Under the pieces are notes generated by a model. It searched no databases. It was not told the DNA's origin and was given only the letters and a program-made list of their open reading frames with translations. Below, in pieces: positions 50,456 through 61,412 of a stretch of 64,000 bases of DNA. The position numbers and the translations under genes are program-made. Origin of the DNA: an uncultured Bacilli bacterium. Lineage in GTDB: Bacteria > Bacillota_I > Bacilli_A > ML615J-28 > CAG-698. The DNA lies in contig CAKOMG010000002.1 of assembly GCA_934096585.1 (NCBI GenBank), positions 199,770 through 263,769 of the forward strand. Reading direction: 5' to 3'. Each line of letters starts with the position of its first letter. Within the stretch, counting starts at the first letter, position 1.

Positions 50456-51745
50456 ATGGATAAACTTATTTTTTTATCAAAGCAATATGATTTAGTAGTT
50501 GGTGATACGTTTGAACTTTTTTATCGTGGAGTTATTAGATCAATGAACCCTTATAAATATTACATTCATGTAGTATGTGATAAGGGTAATCCTTTCCCTA
50601 GGTATTTTTCCTATACACCAAAAGAAAATGAAGAAGGAAAGTATAAGTTAACTATAAGTTTGTATGATGATTATCATAATTTAGTTGAAAGTGGTGAAAC
50701 AGTTTTAAATGTTATTAAACCGGAAAAACCAAAACGTAAAATGAATATTTTATGTATTGGGGACTCCCTAACATTTAATGGTATGTGGCCATATGAAGGC
50801 TATAGACGCTTTACACAAAACGACGGTGAGCCCAAGGGACTTGGTTTTAGCGAATCATTAAATATGATTGGGACATGCAAAAAAGCAGAAGTAGGATATG
50901 AAGGATATGGAGGATGGCAATGGCGTCACTTCTGTTTAAATGAAGCATTTGATGCTTCAAGTGGAATATGGGTAGAACTGGATAATAATCCTTTTGACGA
51001 AAATGATCAACATTCTATTTGGATGTGTGATAATTTACCATGGGTAATGGAATCAATTGAAAAGAATAGAATAAAATTTAAAAGAGGATTAAATAACTAT
51101 TTTTGTGGGAACACAATTAGTAATGTATTTAATCATATAAGTGGTGGTGTACATCATAATACAATCAAAGGAACAAAATATTATTTTGACAAAGGAAATC
51201 CTTTCTGGAATGAAGAAACAAAAGGACCAGACTTCAAAAAGTATGTTTTAAAAAACAATTTCCCAGGAATTGATTATGTTTATATCCTATTGACATGGAA
51301 TGGACAATTTACTCCATTTAATCATGATTTTAGTCATTTTGATCCCTTTATAAGACAATTAATTGATCAAATTCATAAAGACTTTAAAGATGCTAAAATA
51401 AGATTAATGGGTATTCAAAGTCCATCAATTAATGGTGGTATTGCTTTTAATTATGGAGCTAGCGGCTATTATTCTGATGTATTTGGTGAAGTATCAACAG
51501 CCTTCTTTTATGATGAATATTTAGAAAAATTATGTTCTGAATATGATTTTTGTAAATATATTGATACAAAGGCACAATTTGATGTCGAGTATAATATGCC
51601 CGCAATGATGAAACCTGTTAACACTAGAAGTAGTATAATGGAACGCATTGGAACAAATGGTGTCCACCCAACAAATGATGGATATTTACAAATAGGTGAT
51701 GTATTCTATCGTGCTTTAGTAAGTGATATGAAAAATGAAAAATAA
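50456..51745 (+). CDS. SGNH/GDSL-family hydrolase
   Basis: ILCIGDSLTFNG (GDSL block) and C-terminal GVHPTNDGY (DxxH block). Confidence 0.6.
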   Translation: MDKLIFLSKQYDLVVGDTFELFYRGVIRSMNPYKYYIHVVCDKGNPFPRYFSYTPKENEEGKYKLTISLYDDYHNLVESGETVLNVIKPEKPKRKMNILCIGDSLTFNGMWPYEGYRRFTQNDGEPKGLGFSESLNMIGTCKKAEVGYEGYGGWQWRHFCLNEAFDASSGIWVELDNNPFDENDQHSIWMCDNLPWVMESIEKNRIKFKRGLNNYFCGNTISNVFNHISGGVHHNTIKGTKYYFDKGNPFWNEETKGPDFKKYVLKNNFPGIDYVYILLTWNGQFTPFNHDFSHFDPFIRQLIDQIHKDFKDAKIRLMGIQSPSINGGIAFNYGASGYYSDVFGEVSTAFFYDEYLEKLCSEYDFCKYIDTKAQFDVEYNMPAMMKPVNTRSSIMERIGTNGVHPTNDGYLQIGDVFYRALVSDMKNEK

Positions 51746-51844
51746 GTCGAATTACTTTATAATTTGACTGTAAAATTTAAATATCGTTGCTTACTTTTAA
51801 AAAATGTGATATAATAGATTTATATAAATGAGTGGAGGTATTTT

Positions 51845-52573
51845 ATGTTTTTATTATTTTATGACCCAATATATGAAAAGTTTTTTCAATTTTTTAATAA
51901 TTCTATATGGAGTGTAGTTATAAGAATTGTTACTGCTGTAATAATGGGAGCAATCATTGGTTGTGAAAGAAGCAATAAACGTCACGCTGCTGGACTTAGA
52001 ACTTTTATTTTAGTTACACTTGCCGCAACTGTTGCGATGATGCTTGATTATTTTACGGGATTAAATACAGCTGGCTTTTATTTACCTATAATGTCTGGTG
52101 CTGTAATAATAGGTGTTGCTATCATTAGTTCTAACACTACTTTATTCACATCAAGAAGTCAAATTAAAGGCCTAACAACATCTGTAGGTTTATGGGCATG
52201 TGCTATTTTAGGACTTACATTAGGGGCCCAATTATATATGACAACTATTATTTTATTTGTTGCTTTATTGCTTAGTTTATCCCTATTTCCTGTATTTGAA
52301 TCAATTCTAAAAAATAGATCAAACCATTTTGAAGTTCATTTAGAATTGAAAAATGCAAGTTACTTAAAAGATTTCGTAACAACAATTCGTGAATTAGGAT
52401 TAAAAATAGATGATATTGAATCTAATCCCGCATACATTAATTCAGGATTAAGTGTATATTCAATTTCCATTTCTATTACAAGTAAAGAATTAAAAAAATA
52501 TAAAACACATAAAGAAATAATCGAAGCATTAAAAACATTAGATTATGTTTACTATATTGAAGAAATGAACTAG
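51845..52573 (+). CDS. MgtC/SapB-family membrane protein
   Basis: IMGAIIGCERSNKRHAAGLRTFILV. Confidence 0.7.
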   Translation: MFLLFYDPIYEKFFQFFNNSIWSVVIRIVTAVIMGAIIGCERSNKRHAAGLRTFILVTLAATVAMMLDYFTGLNTAGFYLPIMSGAVIIGVAIISSNTTLFTSRSQIKGLTTSVGLWACAILGLTLGAQLYMTTIILFVALLLSLSLFPVFESILKNRSNHFEVHLELKNASYLKDFVTTIRELGLKIDDIESNPAYINSGLSVYSISISITSKELKKYKTHKEIIEALKTLDYVYYIEEMN

Positions 52574-52582
52574 AGGTAAAAA

Positions 52583-53050
52583 ATGAAAATTTGGAATAAA
52601 ACACAAGACATTAAACTTGATGTAAAACTAGATGAAAAACCTGGATTTTACATATGGTATGAAGACGAAGTTGATAAAGACACTAAAGATGCATTAGATG
52701 AATTTGTTAACTGGGTATTTAATAATTATAATGTTACAACACCAGTATACATCAATTGTGTAAACAAAGATTATGTCACATATGAAAATGATGATAATGA
52801 GCAAGGATATATATTTAATTGGTATACAACTAAAAAAGTAGAAACAATCGATAATATTGATGATTGCCCTGATATTCTTCTTCCTGTTAAAATTGGTGAA
52901 TGGGAATTTGAAGACATTTTAAGATCTTTAGTTGAAGCAATTACTTTATATTTTGCTTGGTGTTTAAATGAATTAAATGATAATTTTACAGTAGATGAGG
53001 AAGAAGTACAAGAAATAATAGATAAATATTATGCTTTATGTGAAGAATAA
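52583..53050 (+). CDS. hypothetical acidic protein
   Basis: ORF with RBS. Confidence 0.45.
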   Translation: MKIWNKTQDIKLDVKLDEKPGFYIWYEDEVDKDTKDALDEFVNWVFNNYNVTTPVYINCVNKDYVTYENDDNEQGYIFNWYTTKKVETIDNIDDCPDILLPVKIGEWEFEDILRSLVEAITLYFAWCLNELNDNFTVDEEEVQEIIDKYYALCEE

Positions 53051-53095
53051 TGCCAGTTTAATTCTTATTTTTAAACAAAAAGAAAGGATGAAATT

Positions 53096-53488
53096 ATGGA
53101 TAATTTTCAAAGATTTTTAACTGAAAAGAACTTAAACGAAGAAGAAGTATTTGTATTACTTGTTGGTCAAGAAAATGATATTTTACCTGGTGCAGAGTAT
53201 TATAATTACTATGTTATTGTTAAAACAAATGAAATGGTATGCTATGATAATAATGATTTTAATAAAGAATATCACATCAGTTTCTCTTCATTTCAACAAG
53301 CTGAGTTTGGTTTCGCTGAAGGAAACTTATGGATTATAAGTCAAGTTAATGGTTCATTTTTTGCATTTGGTGCTTCAAGAAAAATGTGGAAATCGGGTAT
53401 TGGCAAAAAATTAGTTGATAGACTTGGATATTATATTGGAATTGATAATGAAAAAGCATATAATAAGTTTGTTGGTATTAGGAAATAA
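53096..53488 (+). CDS. hypothetical protein
   Basis: ORF with RBS AAAGGATG. Confidence 0.45.
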   Translation: MDNFQRFLTEKNLNEEEVFVLLVGQENDILPGAEYYNYYVIVKTNEMVCYDNNDFNKEYHISFSSFQQAEFGFAEGNLWIISQVNGSFFAFGASRKMWKSGIGKKLVDRLGYYIGIDNEKAYNKFVGIRK

Positions 53489-53502
53489 TTAATTAGAAAT
53501 AA

Positions 53503-53536
53503 AAAGAGTTTTTGTATGAAAACTCTTTTGTTTTTT
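53503..53536 (+). terminator. rho-independent terminator
   Basis: aaagagttttt-gtatg-aaaactcttt followed by a T-run. Confidence 0.7.
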
Positions 53537-53601
53537 TCATTTGGCTTAAAGATTGAAATAAATTTGAATAAGGTGTATAATATAGTACTAGAGGAAATAG
53601 T

Positions 53602-54963
53602 ATGAATAATAACATTTTAGGAACAGAAAAAATAGGTAAATTATTTATAAAACTGGCAATACCATCAGTTGTTGCACAAATTATTAATTTACTATATAAT
53701 ATTGTTGATAGAATATTTATTGGTCATATTCCTGATGTTGGTAAAGAGGCTTTAACAGGAGTTGGCGTATGTTTACCAATTATCACTTTAATTAGTGCTT
53801 TTTCCGCTCTTTGCGGAATGGGTGGCGCACCTAAAGCTGCCATTAAGATGGGTGAAGGAAAAAAAGAAGAAGCAAATAAAATTTTAGGTAACTCTTTTAC
53901 CTTAACTATAATTCTAGCTATCGTTTTAACAATCATCTTTGAAATATTTGGTTATGATTTATTAATGGCTTTTGGTGCAAGTGAAAATACTATTACTTAT
54001 GCTTCCCCTTATTTAAAAGTATATACGATAGGAACAATATTTGTGATGATATCGTTAGGATTAAATATGTTTATCACAACCCAAGGTTATTCTAATATTA
54101 GCATGCGCAATGTAATAATTGGAGCAGTCTCAAATATTATCCTTGATCCGATATTTATATATTTGTTTAAAATGGGTGTTAAAGGAGCAGCATTAGCTAC
54201 AATCATTTCTCAAGCTATATCTTCAGTATTTGTTTTAAAATTTTTATTTGGAAGTAAAACTTTATTAAAAATAAAAGTTAATAATTTAAAACTAAAAGCA
54301 AGTATAATATTACCTTGTATTGCTTTAGGAGTATCTCCTTTTGTAATGCAAGCAACCGAAAGTATACTTTCAATATGTTTTAATACATCACTTCAAAAAT
54401 ACGGACAAGATTTAGCAGTTGGAACAATGACTATTTTAACATCATTAATGCAACTTGCAATGCTTCCATTACACGGATTTACTCAAGGAGCTCAGCCGAT
54501 AATTAGTTATAATTATGGTGCTAAGCAATATGATAGAGTAAAGAAAACATTCATTATTCAATTAATTGTATGTTTTAGTTATTCATTTATATTTTGGTTA
54601 ATGGTTATGGTTTTACCTAAACCATTAATTATGATGTTTACAAGTAATAAAGAATTAATAGATTATACAACATGGGCAATTAGAATTTATATGGCATTCC
54701 TTGGTATCTTTGGTGTGCAAATCGCTTGTCAACAAACTTTTGTTTCCCTTGGTAATGCGATAATATCTTTAATACTAGCCTTACTTAGAAAAGTAATTTT
54801 ATTAATTCCTTTAATTTACATTATCCCAACATTTATAAATAATAAATGCATGGCTGTCTTTTTAGCAGAACCAGTTTCAGATATGATTGCTGTTACAACA
54901 ACCATAACAGTATTCCTAATATATTTTAAAAAGAAATTTGGAAAACAAATGAAAGAGGTATAG
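53602..54963 (+). CDS. MATE-family efflux transporter
   Basis: 12 hydrophobic segments. N-terminal LAIPSVVAQIINLLYNIVDRIFIGH. Confidence 0.65.
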   Translation: MNNNILGTEKIGKLFIKLAIPSVVAQIINLLYNIVDRIFIGHIPDVGKEALTGVGVCLPIITLISAFSALCGMGGAPKAAIKMGEGKKEEANKILGNSFTLTIILAIVLTIIFEIFGYDLLMAFGASENTITYASPYLKVYTIGTIFVMISLGLNMFITTQGYSNISMRNVIIGAVSNIILDPIFIYLFKMGVKGAALATIISQAISSVFVLKFLFGSKTLLKIKVNNLKLKASIILPCIALGVSPFVMQATESILSICFNTSLQKYGQDLAVGTMTILTSLMQLAMLPLHGFTQGAQPIISYNYGAKQYDRVKKTFIIQLIVCFSYSFIFWLMVMVLPKPLIMMFTSNKELIDYTTWAIRIYMAFLGIFGVQIACQQTFVSLGNAIISLILALLRKVILLIPLIYIIPTFINNKCMAVFLAEPVSDMIAVTTTITVFLIYFKKKFGKQMKEV

Positions 54964-54964
54964 T

Positions 54965-56323
54965 ATGAAAATAGTAGTTATAGGTGACGGAAAGGTCGGA
55001 AGAACGATTGTTGAACACACATCAAGAGAAGGTCATGAAGTCATCATTATTGATAAAAACCCCAAAGTAATTGAACAAATAGTAGATAAATATGATGTTA
55101 TGGGAATTTGTGGGAACGGAGCAAGTTACGAAATTCAAAAGAGTGCATCCGTTAACAAAGCCGATTTAGTTGTAGCAACAACCTCAAGTGATGAAGTCAA
55201 TATTTTATCATGTATTGTTGCTAAAGCTTTAGGTGCCCGTTTTACAATTGCTCGTGTTAGAAGTTATGAATATAACAGTCAAATTGACATCATGAAAAAA
55301 ACATTAGGAATTACATTAATTCTTAATCCTGAGTATGAAACTGCAAAAGAAATATCTAATATTATTAATTTTCCTGAAGCCATAAGAGTTGATACATTTG
55401 CGAAAGGAAATGTTGACTTAGTGGAATTATATATTCCTGAAAACAGTCCGTTAATCGACCAATCACTGTCAAGCATTCATTCTAAGTATCAAGTAAGTAT
55501 CTTAGTATGCGCAGTACAAAGAGGGGATGAAGTTATAATTCCTGATGGTAACTTTGTTTTTAAAGCTAAAGATAAAATTCATATTACCGCAAGTAGAAAT
55601 AATGTCAGAGCATTTCTTAAAAAATTAGGATTAATAGAATCAAAACTACAAACAGTATTAATAATTGGTGGCGGAAAGATCAGTTTATATCTTGCTGAAC
55701 AACTAATTAAAAACAAATATAAAGTAAAAATTGTGGAAAAAGATTATAAAAGATGTTTAGAATTAAGCGAATTATTAAGTGATGCCATAATCATTCATGG
55801 TGATGGTAGTGATCAAATATTACTTCAAGAAGAAGGAATAAATGAAACAGATGCTGTTGTTTGTTTAACTGACCTAGATGAAGAAAACATTATTGTTTCA
55901 ATGTATGCATCAAAACAAAATGTTCACAAAATTATAACAAAAGTAAATAAAAGTACCTTATTTAATTTGTTTGAGACAATTGATATGGCAAGTATTGTTG
56001 CCCCAAAAGAAATCACAGCATCCAGAATTGTTAGCTATGTTCGTGCAACAAGTAACTTAAGAGGAAGTAATGTAATCACCCTTTATAAACTTGTAAACAA
56101 TCAAGTTGAAGCTCTTGAATTCATTGCCAAAGACAATAAAAAAATTGTAAATATCGCTTTAAAAGATTTGAAATTAAAAAGCAAAATATTAATTGCATGT
56201 ATCATTCGCGATGGTGAAGTAATAATCCCATCAGGTAATGATATGATTATGAACAACGATAGTGTTATTGTTGTCACAACTGCAGAAAAATGTTTAACTG
56301 AGCTTTCAGATATACTGGTGTAA
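54965..56323 (+). CDS. trkA: Trk potassium uptake protein TrkA (two RCK/NAD-binding domains)
   Basis: MKIVVIGDGKVGRT and VLIIGGGKISLYLA. Confidence 0.75.
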   Translation: MKIVVIGDGKVGRTIVEHTSREGHEVIIIDKNPKVIEQIVDKYDVMGICGNGASYEIQKSASVNKADLVVATTSSDEVNILSCIVAKALGARFTIARVRSYEYNSQIDIMKKTLGITLILNPEYETAKEISNIINFPEAIRVDTFAKGNVDLVELYIPENSPLIDQSLSSIHSKYQVSILVCAVQRGDEVIIPDGNFVFKAKDKIHITASRNNVRAFLKKLGLIESKLQTVLIIGGGKISLYLAEQLIKNKYKVKIVEKDYKRCLELSELLSDAIIIHGDGSDQILLQEEGINETDAVVCLTDLDEENIIVSMYASKQNVHKIITKVNKSTLFNLFETIDMASIVAPKEITASRIVSYVRATSNLRGSNVITLYKLVNNQVEALEFIAKDNKKIVNIALKDLKLKSKILIACIIRDGEVIIPSGNDMIMNNDSVIVVTTAEKCLTELSDILV

Positions 56324-56326
56324 ATC

Positions 56327-57787
56327 ATGAACTATTCGATTGCTAAAAACTTATTAGGAAAAATATTGATAATAATAGCAATCCTAATGGTTTTACCATT
56401 AATTGTAGCTATATGTTATCAAGAAAAGTTATTAAACATGTTTGCCTTTTTAATTCCAATGGTGGTGCTTTTTGGTATTGGCTTTTTACTTAATATTAAA
56501 AAAGCAAAAGATACAAGAATGAGTGCAAGAGATGGATTTATAATTGTTGGTTTAACATGGATTTTAATGTCACTATGTGGAGCCATTCCTTTAATGATTT
56601 CAGGAGAAGTTCCAAATTTCTTTGATGCTTTCTTTGAAATGAGTTCAGGCTTTACAACAACTGGTGCCAGTGTAATACCTGATATTACTAAGATTAGTCA
56701 TAGTATTTTATTCTGGAGAAGCTTGTCCCACTGGATTGGTGGTATGGGAATCCTAGTATTTATTCTAGCCTTTATCCCAGAAAGTAACGAAGGTTCTGCT
56801 GTACACATTTTAAGAGCTGAAAGTCCAGGACCTCAAGCTGGTAAATTAGTTTCAAAAATGAAAGTGACATCAAGAATTCTATATTTGATTTATATTACTT
56901 TAACTATTATATTAATTTTATTACTATGGATTGGTCCAGATAAAAAAATGGAATTTTTTAATAGTGTAATTTATGCACTTGGTACTGCTGGTACTGGTGG
57001 ATTTTCAATGGATGCAAGTGGTCTTGATGGTTATAGTAGTTATTCGCAATATGTAATTGCTATATTTATGTTATTATTTGGTGTTAACTTTTCAATCTTT
57101 TATTTAATACTAATTGGGTCATGGAAAGAAGTATTTAAAAATGAAGAATTAAAAGCATATTTCATTATTGTTGTTGCATCAGTATTAATTGTATCAGTTA
57201 ATATTTATTCAATTTATCAAAATATAGAAACTTCCTTTAGACAAGCTTTATTTCAAGTTGCTTCCATCATTTCAACAACCGGCTATTCATCTGCGAATTT
57301 TGATACTTGGCCAACTATGTCTAAAATAATATTAATATTTGTAATGGTAACAGGAGCTTGTGCTGGATCAACTGCAGGTGGAGTTAAAATAATTAGAATA
57401 ATTATTGTTATTAAATCTACTTTACGAAAGATTAAAAATATGGTTAGTCCAAGAAAAGTAGAAATTATTAAAGTCGATGGAAAACCACTAAATGAGAGCG
57501 TAATTGATTCTGTTCAAAGCTATATTGTTGTTTACATTATTATTTTCTTATTATGTTCGTTATTAATATCAATTGATAATTTTGATTTAGTATCTAATTT
57601 GACTGCTTCCCTTACTTGTTTAAGTAATGTTGGACCTGGTCTTGGTATTGTCGGTCCTCATGGATCATTTGCGGATTTCTCATGGTTTTCAAAATTTGTA
57701 TTGTCACTTGAAATGATTGCAGGTAGACTTGAATTATTCCCATTATTAATTTTGTTCAGTCCAAGAGCATGGACTAGAAGATCTTAA
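56327..57787 (+). CDS. trkH: Trk-type potassium transporter membrane subunit TrkH
   Basis: Polytopic membrane protein with selectivity-filter-like SSGFTTTGAS and STTGYSS. Adjacent to trkA. Confidence 0.7.
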   Translation: MNYSIAKNLLGKILIIIAILMVLPLIVAICYQEKLLNMFAFLIPMVVLFGIGFLLNIKKAKDTRMSARDGFIIVGLTWILMSLCGAIPLMISGEVPNFFDAFFEMSSGFTTTGASVIPDITKISHSILFWRSLSHWIGGMGILVFILAFIPESNEGSAVHILRAESPGPQAGKLVSKMKVTSRILYLIYITLTIILILLLWIGPDKKMEFFNSVIYALGTAGTGGFSMDASGLDGYSSYSQYVIAIFMLLFGVNFSIFYLILIGSWKEVFKNEELKAYFIIVVASVLIVSVNIYSIYQNIETSFRQALFQVASIISTTGYSSANFDTWPTMSKIILIFVMVTGACAGSTAGGVKIIRIIIVIKSTLRKIKNMVSPRKVEIIKVDGKPLNESVIDSVQSYIVVYIIIFLLCSLLISIDNFDLVSNLTASLTCLSNVGPGLGIVGPHGSFADFSWFSKFVLSLEMIAGRLELFPLLILFSPRAWTRRS

Positions 57788-57797
57788 GGAAAAAAAT

Positions 57798-58463
57798 ATG
57801 AGTTTAAGACTTGATTATTTACCAGGGCAAGAAAATATAAAATTGTATCAAGATGATGAAATGTTTTGCATTAATACAGATACAATGGTATTAGGGGAGT
57901 TTATTAATGTTTACCGTCAAGATACAGTTTTAGACATTGGTACAAATAATGGGGCATTACTATTATATGCAAGCATGTTTAATCCTAAGAAATTAATCGG
58001 TATTGATATTAATGAAAAAGCGATTGAGCTAGCCAAAAAAAATATGGAATTAAACGACATTAAAAATTATGAATTAAAGCATGCGGATGCTTCAACGTAT
58101 CAAGGGGAAGAAGTAGATGTTATAATTTTTAATCCTCCTTATTTTAAGACGAAAGAAGATAATAAATGTGAAAACTATTATTATAAGATTGCTAAACATG
58201 AAGGAGACTTTAGTTTAGAAAAAATGGTTAGTTGTATAGATAGAAATTTAAAAAATAATGGTACATTATATTTTTTATTTCAAACATCAAGATTAAATGA
58301 AGTGTTAATTGCTTTAAATAAGAAAAAAATAATTGTAAAAGAGATGCAATTTGTTTATGATGAAAATAAAGAGTATTCTAATGTATTTATGATTAAGGCT
58401 GTTAAACATGCAAATGAAGGTATGAATGTTAAAAAGCCAATCATTATAAAAAGATCCAAATAA
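57798..58463 (+). CDS. class I SAM-dependent methyltransferase with NPPY motif (YfiC/HemK-like)
   Basis: [13 protein letters not shown] and IIFNPPYF. Confidence 0.6.
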   Translation: MSLRLDYLPGQENIKLYQDDEMFCINTDTMVLGEFINVYRQDTVLDIGTNNGALLLYASMFNPKKLIGIDINEKAIELAKKNMELNDIKNYELKHADASTYQGEEVDVIIFNPPYFKTKEDNKCENYYYKIAKHEGDFSLEKMVSCIDRNLKNNGTLYFLFQTSRLNEVLIALNKKKIIVKEMQFVYDENKEYSNVFMIKAVKHANEGMNVKKPIIIKRSK

Positions 58464-58476
58464 ATGGATCTTTTTT
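58452..58476 (+). terminator. rho-independent terminator overlapping the stop codon
   Basis: gatcca-aataaa-tggatc followed by TTTTTT. Confidence 0.6.
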
Positions 58477-58479
58477 CTA

Positions 58480-58514
58480 TTTCCCAAAAATAAAAAAATA
58501 TTGATTTTGGGAAA
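58480..58514. repeat. 10-bp perfect inverted repeat tttcccaaaa / ttttgggaaa with a 15-nt spacer
   Basis: Directly downstream of the terminator, overlapping the start of a doubtful 73-aa ORF. Confidence 0.5.
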
Positions 58515-58724
58515 TGAAAGTGATATAAAAAGGGATGAAAAAATATATATTCAGGTTTCTCAAAATATTATGGATCAATCCACATTTCAAAGAGAGGTTA
58601 CACCACTTTTACAAATCAAAGATGCATATCCAAAAATGTTAATTTCTAGAACTTATCACGAACAATATAAGTATGAAGGAATAGCCATAATTGATATTGC
58701 TGATTGGTTAAAGAACATATAAAA

Positions 58725-58752
58725 AAATACTTAGCTTAAGGGCTAAGTATTT
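58725..58752. terminator. bidirectional terminator between convergent genes
   Basis: aaatacttagc-ttaagg-gctaagtattt flanked by A-run and T-run. Confidence 0.65.
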
Positions 58753-59762
58753 TATATTGGTTTATTCATAAATTCTGCCAATTTTTTAGCTTTATTCATT
58801 AGCTTTTCGAATTTATCAATGCGTAATGATTCTCCACCATCACTTAAAGCATGCTCTGGAGCGTTATGTACTTCAATCATCAAACCATCAGCTCCTGCCG
58901 CAATGGCTGCTAAAGACACCCCTTCAACAAGTTCCCAATGACCAGTTGCATGAGATGGATCAATAATAATTGGTAGATTCGTTTTTTGCTTGATAATAGC
59001 AATAACCGATAAGTCAAGAGTATTTCTAGTCATCGTTTCAAAGGTTCTAATTCCTCTTTCACATAATATGACATTAGGATTACCATTTGCAATTATATAT
59101 TCGGCACTCATTAACCATTCTTCAATGGTATTGCCAAAACCTCTTTTTAAAATAACTGGTTTGTCAACTTTACCAAGTGCTTTAAGTAATTCAAAGTTTT
59201 GCATATTTCTGGCACCCACTTGATATATATCCACAATATCTTTCAAATCATCAATTTGTTTAATGGACATAGCTTCAGAAACAAAAGGTAAAGCAGTTTC
59301 TTTTTTGACTTTTTCAATCATAGAAATAGCATCAGTTCCTAACCCTTGGAATACATAAGGAGAAGTACGAGGTTTAAATATACCGCCCCTTAATATTGTT
59401 GCTCCCGCCTTTTTAATTGCTTTTGCAGTTTCCATAATTTGATTTTCATTTTCAACACTACATGGCCCCGCAATAATAATAGTTCTAGTGCTATCAAAAA
59501 CTATATCATTAACTTTAATTGGCTTAATTTCTTTATTGTCTTTTTTAGTTTTATAAAAAGGATCAGAAATTTTAATAGTATCAATTACAAAATCAAAACC
59601 ATTTATGACATCAGTATCTAGATTTGTTGTGGTGCCAATTAATCCAAAGACGCCAAGATCATGGCTACTAGCATCGATAACTTTAATATTATAACTTTCA
59701 ATTTTTCTTTTTAATTCCAAAACTTTATCTTCTGGCGTTTCAATTTTAAATGTTATTATCAT
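58752..59762 (-). CDS. 3-deoxy-7-phosphoheptulonate (DAHP) synthase, class I-beta type with an N-terminal regulatory domain
   Basis: IIAGPCSVENENQIMETAKAIKKAGATILRGGIFKPRTSPY. Confidence 0.75.
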   Translation of the reverse strand: MIITFKIETPEDKVLELKRKIESYNIKVIDASSHDLGVFGLIGTTTNLDTDVINGFDFVIDTIKISDPFYKTKKDNKEIKPIKVNDIVFDSTRTIIIAGPCSVENENQIMETAKAIKKAGATILRGGIFKPRTSPYVFQGLGTDAISMIEKVKKETALPFVSEAMSIKQIDDLKDIVDIYQVGARNMQNFELLKALGKVDKPVILKRGFGNTIEEWLMSAEYIIANGNPNVILCERGIRTFETMTRNTLDLSVIAIIKQKTNLPIIIDPSHATGHWELVEGVSLAAIAAGADGLMIEVHNAPEHALSDGGESLRIDKFEKLMNKAKKLAEFMNKPI

Positions 59763-59884
59763 AATTATTTCCTTATTATTAAATATACTAATATTATAAC
59801 ATAATTTTAAAAAAAAGTAAAAAAGTTTACTTAAATTTAAGTGAAATATGTTATAATAGATATAAGTATTAAATGAGGTAGTTT

Positions 59885-61399
59885 ATGAATAAAGAATTAA
59901 GCGAACAAATTGAAAAATATGAAGGATTCAGAAATAGAATTAAAGCCTTAAATTATGTTGGTAACATCATTTACTGGGATGCATCAACAGTTGCTCCAAG
60001 AGACTCATACATGGAAAGAGGAGAAAGAATGTCTGTAATATATAAAGAACATTACGACATTAGAATGAGTAAAGAATATATTGAAACAGTTGAATATTTA
60101 TCAAATCATAAAGAAGAGCTTGATAGTGATTTTAACCATGAAATAGAACTTATAGTAGAAGATATTGAAAATACAAAAAAAATACCTGTTGAAGAGATGC
60201 TTGCCTATGAAAAGATTGTAAATGAAGCAATAGTAAAATGGGAAGAAGCAAAAAATAAAGATGATTTAAGTATATTTTTGCCTTCATTAAAAGAAATAGT
60301 TAAATATAAAAGAAAAGAAATAAAATATTTAGAAAAAGAAAATTTAAAAGGCTATGATGTTTTATTAAATAATTATGAAAAAGGATATACTATTAAAGAA
60401 TACGATAAATTTTTTGATAGATTAAAAGAGGAATTAGTTCCCTTTGTAAAAAAAGTATTAGCAATAAATAATAATAAATACCCTTTTAGTGAAAAGGCAT
60501 TTAATATTGAAAAACAAAAGGAAATGCAAAAATATATTGCCACCGTTATGTGCTTTGATTTTAATCGTGGAGCCATGGGTGAAACAGAGCATCCATTTAC
60601 TTGGAATACATCATCTAAAAATGTCAGAACCACAAATCATTTTTATTTAAATCATTTTGATTATTCCATTTTTAGTGCTATTCATGAACTTGGTCATGCA
60701 ACCTATGAATTGAATGTTGATCCGAAATATGATGATACATTTATCGGTGGTGGAGCATCAATGGCGCTTCATGAATCACAATCGAGATTTTATGAAAACA
60801 TTATTGGAAGAAGTTATGAGTTTTGGAAAAACCATTACTTTAAACTTCAAGAACTATTTTATGAAGAATTGAAGGATGTAAGTTTAGATGAATTTTATCA
60901 CTTCATTAATAATGTTCAAGCATCATTTATAAGAACAGAAGCTGATGAACTTACATATCCCCTACATATAATGTTAAGATATGAATTAGAAAAGAAACTA
61001 ATGGCTGGAGAAATTGAAGTAGACATGATAGAAAAAGAATGGAATAAACTATTTAAAGAATACTTTGGATTAGATGTTCCATCTCCAAAGTATGGAGTAC
61101 TTCAAGATAGTCACTGGTCTGATGGCTCGTTCGGCTATTTCCCAACATATGCTTTAGGTAGTGCTATTGCTAGCCAATTGTTTGATAAGATGAATGAGGA
61201 TTTTGATGTTTTAAAATCATTAGATTCTAAAACTACACTATCTATTAATGAATGGTTAAAAGAACACATTCATAAATATGGCTCTAGTAAATATTCAAAA
61301 GAGATTTTAGAAAAGGCAATTCAAGGACCGTTTGATGCAAAGCACTATATTAATTATTTAATTAATAAGTATTCAAAAATTTATAATGTAAGTAAATAA
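59885..61399 (+). CDS. M32 carboxypeptidase (Taq-type)
   Basis: HELGHATYE and GVLQDSHWSDGSFGYFPTYALG. Confidence 0.75.
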   Translation: MNKELSEQIEKYEGFRNRIKALNYVGNIIYWDASTVAPRDSYMERGERMSVIYKEHYDIRMSKEYIETVEYLSNHKEELDSDFNHEIELIVEDIENTKKIPVEEMLAYEKIVNEAIVKWEEAKNKDDLSIFLPSLKEIVKYKRKEIKYLEKENLKGYDVLLNNYEKGYTIKEYDKFFDRLKEELVPFVKKVLAINNNKYPFSEKAFNIEKQKEMQKYIATVMCFDFNRGAMGETEHPFTWNTSSKNVRTTNHFYLNHFDYSIFSAIHELGHATYELNVDPKYDDTFIGGGASMALHESQSRFYENIIGRSYEFWKNHYFKLQELFYEELKDVSLDEFYHFINNVQASFIRTEADELTYPLHIMLRYELEKKLMAGEIEVDMIEKEWNKLFKEYFGLDVPSPKYGVLQDSHWSDGSFGYFPTYALGSAIASQLFDKMNEDFDVLKSLDSKTTLSINEWLKEHIHKYGSSKYSKEILEKAIQGPFDAKHYINYLINKYSKIYNVSK

Positions 61400-61412
61400 A
61401 AAGGAGAAAATA

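Noticed and set aside
58501-58722. 73-aa ORF downstream of the NPPY methyltransferase
   Set aside because: Its start is buried in a strong inverted repeat or terminator and there is no convincing RBS. Kept only as a doubtful ORF, not listed as a gene.
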